Source: a virus
Strand: one strand, 5' to 3'
Length of the DNA: 64,000 nucleotides
IMG/VR virus record: IMGVR_UViG_3300013094_000037
Location: 5,157-69,156 of that record
Shown here: piece after piece, positions 42,127 through 51,847 of the stretch
How the letters are laid out: every line of letters starts with the position of its first letter
Position numbering within the stretch: position 1 is the stretch's first letter
The notes under the pieces: generated by a model
The model's database searches: none
The model's input: the letters and a program-made list of their open reading frames with translations, nothing else
What the model was told of the DNA's origin: nothing
Program-made: the position numbers and the translations under genes

Positions 42127-45100
42127 TTATCCTATTAGAAGTGCATTTCCTTGTTCGTCTGTCAATACGTTTCCTAGTTCATCAGTCAGTTCAACAAAAT
42201 ATTGAACTCCTTTTGGTCCAAATATTTGAATGTCTTCATATAGTGAAACCATTGTTCTACTGATAGAAACCAATCCATTTGCGCCAGCAGTCAAAGGACC
42301 ATTCAAATCAACAGTACCATAAGAGATTATGTTTCCATTATTATCATAGCTGTAATTATAATCAACAACAGTAACAACTGCACTAACTCCATTTACATAG
42401 ACTGAATCACCAACACGAATCACATCTTCCATAGGATATGCTGTGTTGCTATAGAAGCCATTATTTACGATATCATACGAACCGGTTAAGCTTGTTATAT
42501 TTAGTGTGTAGTTGTTGCTGTTCAACCAAGTAGAAGTTGCAACATTTGCAAAATAAGTCCACACATTATCTTGTAGTGTGATACTTGTTCCGTCAACACC
42601 AGTGACCAAAGACACCACGCAATCATCAGGATTGCTGCCATATTCAAAATTGATTGTGGTTGAATTTGCAAAGAATATGTTATGCAAGTTTGCACCATAC
42701 AAATTACCAAACACAATGATATTATTACTTGGATTTGCAGCAGTACCACCAACGATTGTTGCTATTGTGCCAGTATTTGCATAGTGGTCTAGTGGCACAC
42801 CAGTCTGTATCGCATCAATAGTTGATAGGTTAAATGAAGCATTGGACTTCATTGCATAACGACCAATAGCCTGCATACCAGATGGATGCAACAAGTTCAA
42901 CAATACATCACGATACTTGGCAATTTCTTTTTCTAGTGTAATTTCGTATGTGAAGTTGTTATACTTAGTACTTTGCAATACACTGAAAGCACTTGGCCAT
43001 CCAGTATTGTCAAGGTATTCACCGTTACCAATAACAAGACCATTCAAGAATGTTGAAGTCGCTTTTGCGTGTCCGTCACCATATGTCATGACACCATTTG
43101 CAGAATCAAAGCGTGAATCGTCACCCGTATTGATAAATGATGTTGTGTGTATATTTGTGAAGTTTGGAACTAATCTATAGTTTGCACCAATTGCATCAAT
43201 CTTCAATGGTAAGTTGAAGTTTGGTTTTGCATCATAGTTGTAAACTCTCAACTGATAAACTGTGTTGCTTGTTGGATAAGCATTTTCCACAACAAAGATT
43301 GAATCTACTGTTGCTGCATATGTTGCAACGTTGGTGTTTGCACCTTGATAGATTAATTGACCCGCAACTGGCAAATTCAATTGTGATACGTTTGCAACAA
43401 TCAAATCTTGGACTGCCAAAGAAATTTGTGGTGCACCAACATAGTCTGAACCGTTGTCAATGATATTGAAGCTAGTAATTTCACCGATACGGTTCGCAAC
43501 AGAAGTAAATTGTGCACCGGAGCCAAGATAACCAGGTGCTGAAAGAATTGCTGAACCCAAATAGAAGTTGGTTGCAACGTTATTTGTTGTTGCATTTGAT
43601 GTTAGCAATAGTGTATTTGCATTCACAATAGATTGCACTGTACCAATAACGATGTTTGTGTTGGTTGCAAGAGTTGCACCAACAGTCATTTGTGTCAAGA
43701 AGTTTGTACCATTACCAACAACCACGGTGCTTGTATTACTTACTCTGACATTACCTGTTGCCAATCTATTAACAACAACATCAGGAAGACCATTAAAGTA
43801 GCCCATACCACCCAAAGGATATGGATTTGCTGTGTTTCCAATAACATAAGGAACATATTGAATGCCTGTTATGGCACCTGTGCTATTGTTACAACTTGTG
43901 ATGATAGCGTTTGCACCAACACCTGTGCCACCCAAGAATAGAATCTGGTCATTGACTTGATAACCTGTACCAGCATTAACAATTTGAACTGGTGCAAGAA
44001 TACCTAGATTTGCAAGATTTGATTGACTGAATTCATCTTCAATGTAAAGAGATTCAACACCAACTGTTGGTGCTTGTGTCAAACCACCACCTTGGTTTTC
44101 AACAATGATAGATGTTATTGGATATGTTGGGAATGATGTAAACGAAAATGCATCAGACATTTTTGTATTTGCATTTGCTGTTGTAAACAAATAGGTATTT
44201 GCATTAACACCAGAAAGATAACCGTGAATTTGTTGACCAACATTAATTGTTCCAACAACATTGTTCAATTGTAATATGTTGTTACCTGCGCCAACATTTG
44301 TGTTGATGCTTAAAATAGAAGCAGAGAATGTGCTATTTGCTAGACTTGTTCCTTGATAAACACCTTCACCAGTGTAGAACTGACCGTTAGCATATTGAAT
44401 ACGAACATTGTTTGTACCTTGACCCTCATATGCCAGCAAGTAACGAACTGCACCAGTATTAACACCAATCAATGGAGCGGTGTTATTAATTGTTCCTCTT
44501 GTGTGTTGCACCAACAACAATACGTTATTGGCAGGATCCATGTTGGTTACTTGACCATTGAATGTGCTGGTTGCGTTTGATGTACCTTGATACACAAACT
44601 CATTGTTTGCAAATTGAATTGGTTGTGGTACAGTTAGGTAGTTACCAGCATTAAAGTGGTAGTTGGTGTTACCAAGTGTGATGTTTTCTTTTAATATCAA
44701 ACTATCAATTGGAATGAATGTTGCATTAGCCAATTGGGTTGTATCAACACCAGCAACCACAGCAATAGGTGCTTGGGGTTGATTGGTACCAACAACGTTT
44801 GTGAATATAACTTCTGTGTTTGCTGCACCAGGAGTATTATTTGGACTTGAATAATAATATCCGTAGCCACCATTTTGAACAGAAATGGATTGAATAGAAC
44901 CAACGGTTACAGAACCAACTTCAGCAGTTGCACCAGTCGGAGTTAATACGTTTGGATTTAAACCGCCAATAAAAACAACAGGGTCATTGGTGTTGTAATA
45001 CAAGCCTCTTGCTTTTGGATTGATTAGAACTTGGCTAATCTGACCAACGATTGTTGCTGTTAGAGTTTCAGCACCAACAGTATTTGCACTTACAATTTGT

Positions 45101-45732
45101 CCATCCAAGAAATAAACTGGTTGGTTTCTGTTGTCAACAACAGTTACAGTTTCACCAGATTGGAATAGACGTTCAATATTTGAGATAAAAACTTCAGTCT
45201 TTTTTCCATCGTATGTTGCAGCTTCAACGGTAGCAATAGACTTTGAGAAGTTACCAAACATTCTCAAGTTTTGAATGTTCAAGAAGTTTGGATCACTTGT
45301 TGCTAGTTTTAGACTTCTTGGAACATACCACTTACCGCTTGATGGTGAAAAGACAGCATCTTTGGTATAAAAGAAATCAACATCAGTATTGTATAGAAGA
45401 CGGAATAAGAATTGATACGAAGCAGGTGTACCTTTAGATTGATACAACTGTTTTGCAATTTTTAAAACTTTACGTGGGTCTGATAGAATGTCCTGTGGGA
45501 AATAGGACATAAAATCATTGATAAAGTATTGTAAGAATTCTTGTGTGGTTGTATCCACATCCATATCTTGCAAAAGACTTTTAGAATAGTCTAGAACATT
45601 GTTTTGTTGTTCCATCCATTCATAGTATGCCTTCAAAAACAGCGTAAAGTTGGCATAATTTGGGTCCTCACTGATGAACTTTGGTAGTTCGTAAGGAACC
45701 AGTAACGATTGCTTTTGATTACTCTGTATCAT
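42127..45732 (-). CDS. Baseplate wedge protein, gp7-like
   Basis: FLKAYYEWME, YQSKGTPASYQFLFRLLY and LLHPSGM motifs; lies between gp6 and gp8. Confidence 0.78.
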   Translation of the reverse strand: MIQSNQKQSLLVPYELPKFISEDPNYANFTLFLKAYYEWMEQQNNVLDYSKSLLQDMDVDTTTQEFLQYFINDFMSYFPQDILSDPRKVLKIAKQLYQSKGTPASYQFLFRLLYNTDVDFFYTKDAVFSPSSGKWYVPRSLKLATSDPNFLNIQNLRMFGNFSKSIATVEAATYDGKKTEVFISNIERLFQSGETVTVVDNRNQPVYFLDGQIVSANTVGAETLTATIVGQISQVLINPKARGLYYNTNDPVVFIGGLNPNVLTPTGATAEVGSVTVGSIQSISVQNGGYGYYYSSPNNTPGAANTEVIFTNVVGTNQPQAPIAVVAGVDTTQLANATFIPIDSLILKENITLGNTNYHFNAGNYLTVPQPIQFANNEFVYQGTSNATSTFNGQVTNMDPANNVLLLVQHTRGTINNTAPLIGVNTGAVRYLLAYEGQGTNNVRIQYANGQFYTGEGVYQGTSLANSTFSASILSINTNVGAGNNILQLNNVVGTINVGQQIHGYLSGVNANTYLFTTANANTKMSDAFSFTSFPTYPITSIIVENQGGGLTQAPTVGVESLYIEDEFSQSNLANLGILAPVQIVNAGTGYQVNDQILFLGGTGVGANAIITSCNNSTGAITGIQYVPYVIGNTANPYPLGGMGYFNGLPDVVVNRLATGNVRVSNTSTVVVGNGTNFLTQMTVGATLATNTNIVIGTVQSIVNANTLLLTSNATTNNVATNFYLGSAILSAPGYLGSGAQFTSVANRIGEITSFNIIDNGSDYVGAPQISLAVQDLIVANVSQLNLPVAGQLIYQGANTNVATYAATVDSIFVVENAYPTSNTVYQLRVYNYDAKPNFNLPLKIDAIGANYRLVPNFTNIHTTSFINTGDDSRFDSANGVMTYGDGHAKATSTFLNGLVIGNGEYLDNTGWPSAFSVLQSTKYNNFTYEITLEKEIAKYRDVLLNLLHPSGMQAIGRYAMKSNASFNLSTIDAIQTGVPLDHYANTGTIATIVGGTAANPSNNIIVFGNLYGANLHNIFFANSTTINFEYGSNPDDCVVSLVTGVDGTSITLQDNVWTYFANVATSTWLNSNNYTLNITSLTGSYDIVNNGFYSNTAYPMEDVIRVGDSVYVNGVSAVVTVVDYNYSYDNNGNIISYGTVDLNGPLTAGANGLVSISRTMVSLYEDIQIFGPKGVQYFVELTDELGNVLTDEQGNALLIG

Positions 45733-45736
45733 TTAC

Positions 45737-47815
45737 TTATCTTTTCGCTGTTACTGTAATATTTACGGCTGTAGGATCAAATGGGTCAATACTAATAATT
45801 CTGTTATATGAAGAAGATATCAATGTTGTTGCTGGTTTCGCAGAGACAGTCAATTCACCCAATGGATTATCAACTTGAACAACATCTAATCCAGTCAATG
45901 TAATTATCCCATTTGTATAATCAATAGTTCCAGCATTTGGATTGACAACAACCTTACCTGCTGTGTTACTATTGTAATATGTTCTAACTGAGCCATATTG
46001 CCCAGACAAGTTAACAACAAGAGAACCACCTTGACCAGAAGTATCTCCTATTGCAGGAACAACGGTTGCAACTGCTGATGTATAGCCAATACCAGAATTT
46101 GCAACAACGACACTGGATAATGCACCATTAACGATGGTTGCAAATGCATTTGCACCATAACCATCACCTTGTATTAGAATTGTTGGTGCTTGTTGATAGT
46201 TGTAACCAGTTGTGACGATTGAAATGGATTGAACGGAACTTGTTGAAGTTGGAACTTCTTCAATGTAAACACCATCAAGTGTCAACTGTGTATTTGCTGG
46301 ATTGATAACTTGAATTGGTGGTGAACTTGAAATACCACTACCATAAACACCTCTTTGCAATGGTGCACCATAGTTTAGTGTATATGTTTGTGTTGTGCCT
46401 AGTGTTGGATAGATTTTCTTTTGTACATTAATAGAGAAGTCAGAACTAATCACAGAAGGATCAAAATCATTAATGTATTGCAACATCAAGTATGAATTGA
46501 ACGTTGAATTAAATGTATTCAGATTGTTTGCAGCATAGTTGTAAACTGCACCTTGAAGACCAGTTTGCATTGCAGTTGGTGTCAATGCTGTTTGTGATTG
46601 TTGATATACCACATTTGCATACACTTGAAGGTATGTATAATCTGGATCAACAATGACAGGTTGAACAGTCAAAACGCTGATTGGTTTGATGACCTGTTCT
46701 TTAATCAATTGTTTTTGTGTTGCAGTTAAGTCATAGCCACCTGTCGGTTTCATTGAAACAAACACTTGACCGTAAACTGGAGGAATATTTTCTTCACCAC
46801 CCCAAACAGATACCGCATCAAATGGAATACCAAGTGTGTTTTGTTGAATTGCTGTGATGTAGTCGTTCTTATTCACAGCACGGCCCTGTGCGGAGAATGC
46901 TTTAGGTGCTTGGAACTTGATAGACTGAATTGATTCTTTGTCTGTACCTTGTGTTGCTGGACTACCACCAGTAGTTGAAACACTTACGCTAGTGTAACTA
47001 CCAATGTTATCCATCAGTACGAAACTGTTTGCAAGACCACCAGCAGAACCGGCAGTAGAAATATATGTTACTACAACAATGTTACCATCGGATAGTTGTT
47101 GGCCTAATACACCATCACCAAAATAAATTTGATAGTTGCCGTCAACTGCTTCCTGCAAGAAATAAACTGGATCGGTTGGTGTTAAAGCCAAATAGTTTGT
47201 TGTTGGATAAAAAACTTGATATGCACTATTAGAAGATGACTGTTGAACTGATACGGTTAGTGTCGTTGTATCAATATTTGCATCAGGTATTTCAAAAATA
47301 TACTGTGGGTTTGATGTGGAATCTACTGTAAAGGTATATTTTGCTAATGTTCCCTGTTTTATATTGACACCAGTAAATGTTGCTGTATTGTTTACAACAC
47401 CAACCGTAGAATAATCTGTGGTGACATAATTAAAGTTAACACCATTAACAGATTCTGACATGAAGTTGGTGTATTTTGGAATGCTGAATGTTGTTGTGGT
47501 CACACCATTGAATGTTAGATTGATTTCAGCAACAGCACCAACAGGAGATTTTGGTACATAGTTCATTAGTTTAGCATGTGATACAACAGAAGAACGTTGT
47601 AATGCAGAATCCAAGAACATTTCGTTTGCAACCATGTTCAAGTAGTATGCATTGTATTGTGTGTTGTATGCAAGAACATCCAATAGAGTAGACAATGCCG
47701 AACCTGAAAAGTTGTAATCCTTAAAGGTATCTTGTGATTGCAAATAGTTTGTGAAGTTTTTCTTGATGTCACTAAAGTCTAAATTAGCAACTTGAATATT
47801 TGTATTAGATGCCAT
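45737..47815 (-). CDS. 6: Baseplate wedge subunit gp6
   Basis: LDFSDIKKN, FKDYNFSGS, ANEMFLDSA, QGRAV and WGGEENIPPVYG motifs. Confidence 0.94.
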   Translation of the reverse strand: MASNTNIQVANLDFSDIKKNFTNYLQSQDTFKDYNFSGSALSTLLDVLAYNTQYNAYYLNMVANEMFLDSALQRSSVVSHAKLMNYVPKSPVGAVAEINLTFNGVTTTTFSIPKYTNFMSESVNGVNFNYVTTDYSTVGVVNNTATFTGVNIKQGTLAKYTFTVDSTSNPQYIFEIPDANIDTTTLTVSVQQSSSNSAYQVFYPTTNYLALTPTDPVYFLQEAVDGNYQIYFGDGVLGQQLSDGNIVVVTYISTAGSAGGLANSFVLMDNIGSYTSVSVSTTGGSPATQGTDKESIQSIKFQAPKAFSAQGRAVNKNDYITAIQQNTLGIPFDAVSVWGGEENIPPVYGQVFVSMKPTGGYDLTATQKQLIKEQVIKPISVLTVQPVIVDPDYTYLQVYANVVYQQSQTALTPTAMQTGLQGAVYNYAANNLNTFNSTFNSYLMLQYINDFDPSVISSDFSINVQKKIYPTLGTTQTYTLNYGAPLQRGVYGSGISSSPPIQVINPANTQLTLDGVYIEEVPTSTSSVQSISIVTTGYNYQQAPTILIQGDGYGANAFATIVNGALSSVVVANSGIGYTSAVATVVPAIGDTSGQGGSLVVNLSGQYGSVRTYYNSNTAGKVVVNPNAGTIDYTNGIITLTGLDVVQVDNPLGELTVSAKPATTLISSSYNRIISIDPFDPTAVNITVTAKR

Positions 47816-48207
47816 TATCTGGACCTCTGAAGAATTAGGTTAACTGCTGTAGGTACTGTATTGTTTCCAACATAAAATTGCAACAAGACTGAAAATGTTT
47901 CTTGGTCTGGATTTAATTGCACAACCAATTTATCAATTTGCACCCTAGGTTCATAGTTATCAATCACATTTCTTATTTCAGTCTCTAACATGTTTGCAGT
48001 CAATTCTGTCGCTGGCTCAAATAGAATTGCATCTATGTTTGAACCTAAGTCAGGCTGGAAAGGTCTTTCATAAAAATTTGTCAACAATAAATTTCTGACT
48101 GATGCGATAACAGCTTGGTCATTATAACGCATAGCAACATCTCCCGTACCTGGAGTGCGGTTGAAGGTTAAATCCAAATCTGCGTAAATCTTAGGTAATG
48201 TTGCCAT
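47815..48207 (-). CDS. 25: Baseplate wedge subunit gp25
   Basis: SVRNLLLTNFYERPFQPDLGS and YEPRV motifs. Confidence 0.94.
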   Translation of the reverse strand: MATLPKIYADLDLTFNRTPGTGDVAMRYNDQAVIASVRNLLLTNFYERPFQPDLGSNIDAILFEPATELTANMLETEIRNVIDNYEPRVQIDKLVVQLNPDQETFSVLLQFYVGNNTVPTAVNLILQRSR

Positions 48208-48211
48208 GTTC

Positions 48212-48219
48212 TATTTATC
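48212..48219 (-). promoter_or_regulatory. Late promoter (GATAAATA), 4 nt before the gp25 ATG
   Basis: Minus strand reads GATAAATA-GAAC-ATG. Confidence 0.65.
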
Positions 48220-48223
48220 GTGC

Positions 48224-48928
48224 TTATGGAACATCTTGAGATGTTGTAGGCAAAGTAACAAGTGCATCCGCACCGGCCTTTGCAATAAATGGGTGAGTGT
48301 GAGTGTTGTATAGTGCACGTAGATATAGAATACTGTCGGTAACTTGACCTGGACCATCCATAACCAATGGTGCATATACTTGAACACCAGCAGTTACGTT
48401 GGTCACCGCAGTAACGCTACCGCTTGATGAAATGTCACCAGTAACATTCAAGTCACCATTGACCAACACATCGGCTTGAACTTGAACTTGATTCTTTGAT
48501 GAAATGATTGCATTTCCTGTGATAGTAGAGGTCAAATCGCCTGCAACCTGTTGATTTACACTGCCATTTACACTTTCATATACATTTCCATCAACTTGCA
48601 TGGTTGCATCACCTTGCACATGCAATACCGAATCACCAACAACGGTGATGTTACATTTGCCCTTGATTAGAACATTGTTATCTTGTGCAATGATTTCATA
48701 ATTTGTACCAACAACCTTATGAATCTCTGTGCCATCAGACTGTACCTCTGTAAAAGTACCAGTTCTATGTTGTAGGCGAACTCTTTCAGCACCAGGAGTA
48801 TCATCCATCTCAAACAAGTGACCAGATTCTGTCTGTGTCAATGTATTGTATGGGTATTGTGCTTGATAATCAGACCTAGGTTCAATCCAAGCTACTAACG
48901 GTGGTAATTGTTGTGTGCTGTTGCTCAT
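48224..48928 (-). CDS. gp5 C-terminal part (beta-helix spike) with HxH tip motif
   Basis: YPYN...TESGHLFEMDDTPGAERV...HRTGT motif; V-x-G repeats; YNTHTH near the C-terminus. Confidence 0.85.
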   Translation of the reverse strand: MSNSTQQLPPLVAWIEPRSDYQAQYPYNTLTQTESGHLFEMDDTPGAERVRLQHRTGTFTEVQSDGTEIHKVVGTNYEIIAQDNNVLIKGKCNITVVGDSVLHVQGDATMQVDGNVYESVNGSVNQQVAGDLTSTITGNAIISSKNQVQVQADVLVNGDLNVTGDISSSGSVTAVTNVTAGVQVYAPLVMDGPGQVTDSILYLRALYNTHTHPFIAKAGADALVTLPTTSQDVP

Positions 48929-49812
48929 AATTTAATGGAATTCTCTAGTTGATTGACTGTTGATTTGGCAGAAGAAAGAATGCTGTTGTATAGACCACCA
49001 GTTTGTCCGGGTAGATTTACTTCACTATTTATTTGTTGCACAGCAGCGGCGGGTAGACCCTCAATATAAGATACTGAAGAATTTACCTCAGCAACGGCAG
49101 CTTGAACCTCTTTGGTTGCATCAGTGGCAGCCTTTGCTTCTTGTGCATATGCTTTAAGTTTGTTTGCAATTTGTATAGGTTCTGTCTGTGCTAAGTTACC
49201 AATACCTGTACCTGGAGCACTAAATGCTGCAATAATTGCATCTTTAGCCAAACGAATCTCTTGCACAAAATACATTGCTTGTAGTTTTGCGGCAGCCAAT
49301 GATGCTTTGATTGGTGTTGTAATGTCTTGCACCGCACTTCTTGTAGAATTAGTTGCTGAGATTGCTGAGTTTGCAATTTCACCTCTAGCCAATGGTGCAA
49401 TCGTTGGTTGTCCTGGTGTGTATTGTGTTTGACCAGCAGGAACTTGAGGTGCTGCCGCAATTTCTGCCGCAGTTCTTGGGTCTTGGAAACCAGAATCTCC
49501 AGATGCAACCGCACCTTGAATACCTGGTAAAACACCCATCATCACGGGGAACTGACCCGATTCACCATCAAAGAAGAAGCCAACAATGTAATCACCTTCT
49601 CTTGGTGTTGAAAAGTCTTTAGAGCGATTCAAAGGATACAGGGGCATACACCAAGGTAAATCGGATGTTGGTATCAGTTGTTTGTTGTCTGTGTGCCAAC
49701 CAAAGATTCTAACTTGACAACGACCTACTTCTAATGGATCCATGCGGTTCTCAACAACACCTACCCACCACACGAAGCCATTAAGACCCGCAAAATTGTT
49801 TACCATTTTCAT
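48925..49812 (-). CDS. gp5 N-terminal OB-fold part (no lysozyme domain)
   Basis: WWVGVVENRMDPLEVGRCQVRIFGWH...LPW...GFFFDGESGQFPVMMG. Start placed at 49812 (TAATG overlap). Confidence 0.88.
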   Translation of the reverse strand: MKMVNNFAGLNGFVWWVGVVENRMDPLEVGRCQVRIFGWHTDNKQLIPTSDLPWCMPLYPLNRSKDFSTPREGDYIVGFFFDGESGQFPVMMGVLPGIQGAVASGDSGFQDPRTAAEIAAAPQVPAGQTQYTPGQPTIAPLARGEIANSAISATNSTRSAVQDITTPIKASLAAAKLQAMYFVQEIRLAKDAIIAAFSAPGTGIGNLAQTEPIQIANKLKAYAQEAKAATDATKEVQAAVAEVNSSVSYIEGLPAAAVQQINSEVNLPGQTGGLYNSILSSAKSTVNQLENSIKL

Positions 49813-51173
49813 TATGTAATTCCTTTCACGGTATTGTTCCACAGTGAAGAACCTGTGCTAACCGCAGAATATTCGTTTGTATTACTTTCTTTTGCTAATT
49901 CCAATACAGTTCTATATTGGTGCACAGTCAGCATATGTCTAACTGCTGTAACCAAATAGTTACCAGAATAGAAATCATCTGGTTCTTTTTTGTTCGGGTC
50001 TTTAGATAGTAAGTTGAATTTGATTACACGACCCACGGTCAATCCAGGGTCACCTGGAACTGATATTTTCACTCTTGTATAGTTGAGTAGAGGCAACTGT
50101 GCTGTTCTGTATGGAATATATGTTTCGGCAAAAATGTCGTGTGCTACAGAACCTGGATGGCTCTTGATGTAACTTGAATCGTTTTGATTATAGTTTGAGA
50201 ATACCAACTTGTAGACCGCCTGTGGTGTCTGATTCAAACCATCACCTTTTCGGTTGGTGAAATTATTGGTGATTGGAAATGTATTTAATTTACTTGCTTT
50301 GTTTGAATATGAACCGTAGTCAAAGTTAGTTATCTTGTATCTTCTCAACAACGGATCAATAGAAAGCAATTGGTTTGCATACACACCAGAATTGATTGCA
50401 CCGAGTGAATCATATGAATCCATGATTTCATATGTCAATACATTGTAAATTTGTTGTGTATTTGTTTGTGTCTTTTGACTTACGTTTTTTGGATTGAAAC
50501 TGTAAGCATTGTAAACTTCTTGCTTAAACAATGATTGTAGTGAACGATAGTTGTAACCAAACTTATCTTCATACAACAACATATCAGCACCTGGATTATT
50601 TGCAGGTCTTGCATATGTTGACATCCAATTGATTGCGTCAAATGGTTTGATGTTTGGAATTAAGAAGTCGTAAACACCATAAGTCTGTTCAATGCTTGCA
50701 ATCTTATTGGTTGGAACTTGTAGATAAGTTTTTAGAATGTCAACAACATTGGATGCAATATCTTTACCTCTATAAGACTTGCTGACCTTGTATTGTTCCG
50801 ACAACAACAATTCTTCCGAACAAAAGTATAGAGAATATGTTTCTGTGTTGCCCTCATTCTCAGGTGTTCTTTTTGCTACCTTAAACACGCGGAAAATCTT
50901 GTCAACGATATTGGTGGTGTCGTCTGCTTTACCAAAAGTCATACGAATGAATTCATTACCATTCATGTGCAACTTTTCAATGTAACCTGTTGCATCAACC
51001 AACATCAAATAACCAGATGCTGTGTTATTAAAGATATCTTCATTATAAGACAGTTCAACTAAAATATTCTTTACATCGAATGTGCTAACAGAAGTTAACA
51101 ATGTCAAGTTGATTAGTGTATAGTCATTTGGGTAAACTATACCTGTCTTATTTAATCCTGGTGTATCTGCCAT
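49812..51173 (-). CDS. Baseplate hub/tail protein (gp27-like)
   Basis: Position before gp5; C-terminal VPGDPGLTVG...SGNYLVTAVRH motif of gpD/gp27-like hubs. Confidence 0.7.
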   Translation of the reverse strand: MADTPGLNKTGIVYPNDYTLINLTLLTSVSTFDVKNILVELSYNEDIFNNTASGYLMLVDATGYIEKLHMNGNEFIRMTFGKADDTTNIVDKIFRVFKVAKRTPENEGNTETYSLYFCSEELLLSEQYKVSKSYRGKDIASNVVDILKTYLQVPTNKIASIEQTYGVYDFLIPNIKPFDAINWMSTYARPANNPGADMLLYEDKFGYNYRSLQSLFKQEVYNAYSFNPKNVSQKTQTNTQQIYNVLTYEIMDSYDSLGAINSGVYANQLLSIDPLLRRYKITNFDYGSYSNKASKLNTFPITNNFTNRKGDGLNQTPQAVYKLVFSNYNQNDSSYIKSHPGSVAHDIFAETYIPYRTAQLPLLNYTRVKISVPGDPGLTVGRVIKFNLLSKDPNKKEPDDFYSGNYLVTAVRHMLTVHQYRTVLELAKESNTNEYSAVSTGSSLWNNTVKGIT

Positions 51174-51847
51174 TATTTACTCATCAATGATTTGAATTGT
51201 TGTTCAAATTGCGGTACATAAATTGAATTGACCAAATTGATAGTTCTATTTGCTTCATTCTGTTGAATTTCATAATCATAGATTGATTGTGTTGAAGCTG
51301 AGTAAGTCTTGGTTACAAAGTTTCCATTGGGGAAGTAAACAGGAGTACCAGGATTCTGACTAATAAGAACATTAACATTTGCGTATGCTGCCGCATCAAT
51401 TGTATAATTTGTTATTGTTGTATTTGATGAAGCACTCTCATATGTTGTCAATGTCAATAGGTAATCTTGTATTGTGCTTTGTGTATAAGACAATACTTGT
51501 GTTGATGTTACATCTGCAACAGCAATGTTTAATGTGTTTGCTGTGACTTCACTGTATTTGTCAATGATGTAATCGTTGAACAAGTTTGGTCCCATTGGCC
51601 ATTGCCATTGGGGGTCAATGATTTGATTTGAATACAATACAATCCAATAGCGATATGGATCACCATAATACTTGTTAGCAATAGATTCTGGCGTATCGCC
51701 ATCTTGAATGTCATATGTATAGAATAACAAAGGGTTGTTCAACAAAGTGGGAACAACTTCAGACCTCAACATCAAATTTGTAAGTGCAACTTGATTGCCG
51801 TTATAGTCGGTTGAAGCAATGATGGGAAAACTTTGAAAATATTTCAT
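51173..51847 (-). CDS. 53: Baseplate wedge subunit gp53
   Basis: MKYFQSFP and the LysM-like YDIQDGDTPESIANKYYGDP...WIVLYSNQIIDPQWQWP. Confidence 0.92.
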   Translation of the reverse strand: MKYFQSFPIIASTDYNGNQVALTNLMLRSEVVPTLLNNPLLFYTYDIQDGDTPESIANKYYGDPYRYWIVLYSNQIIDPQWQWPMGPNLFNDYIIDKYSEVTANTLNIAVADVTSTQVLSYTQSTIQDYLLTLTTYESASSNTTITNYTIDAAAYANVNVLISQNPGTPVYFPNGNFVTKTYSASTQSIYDYEIQQNEANRTINLVNSIYVPQFEQQFKSLMSK

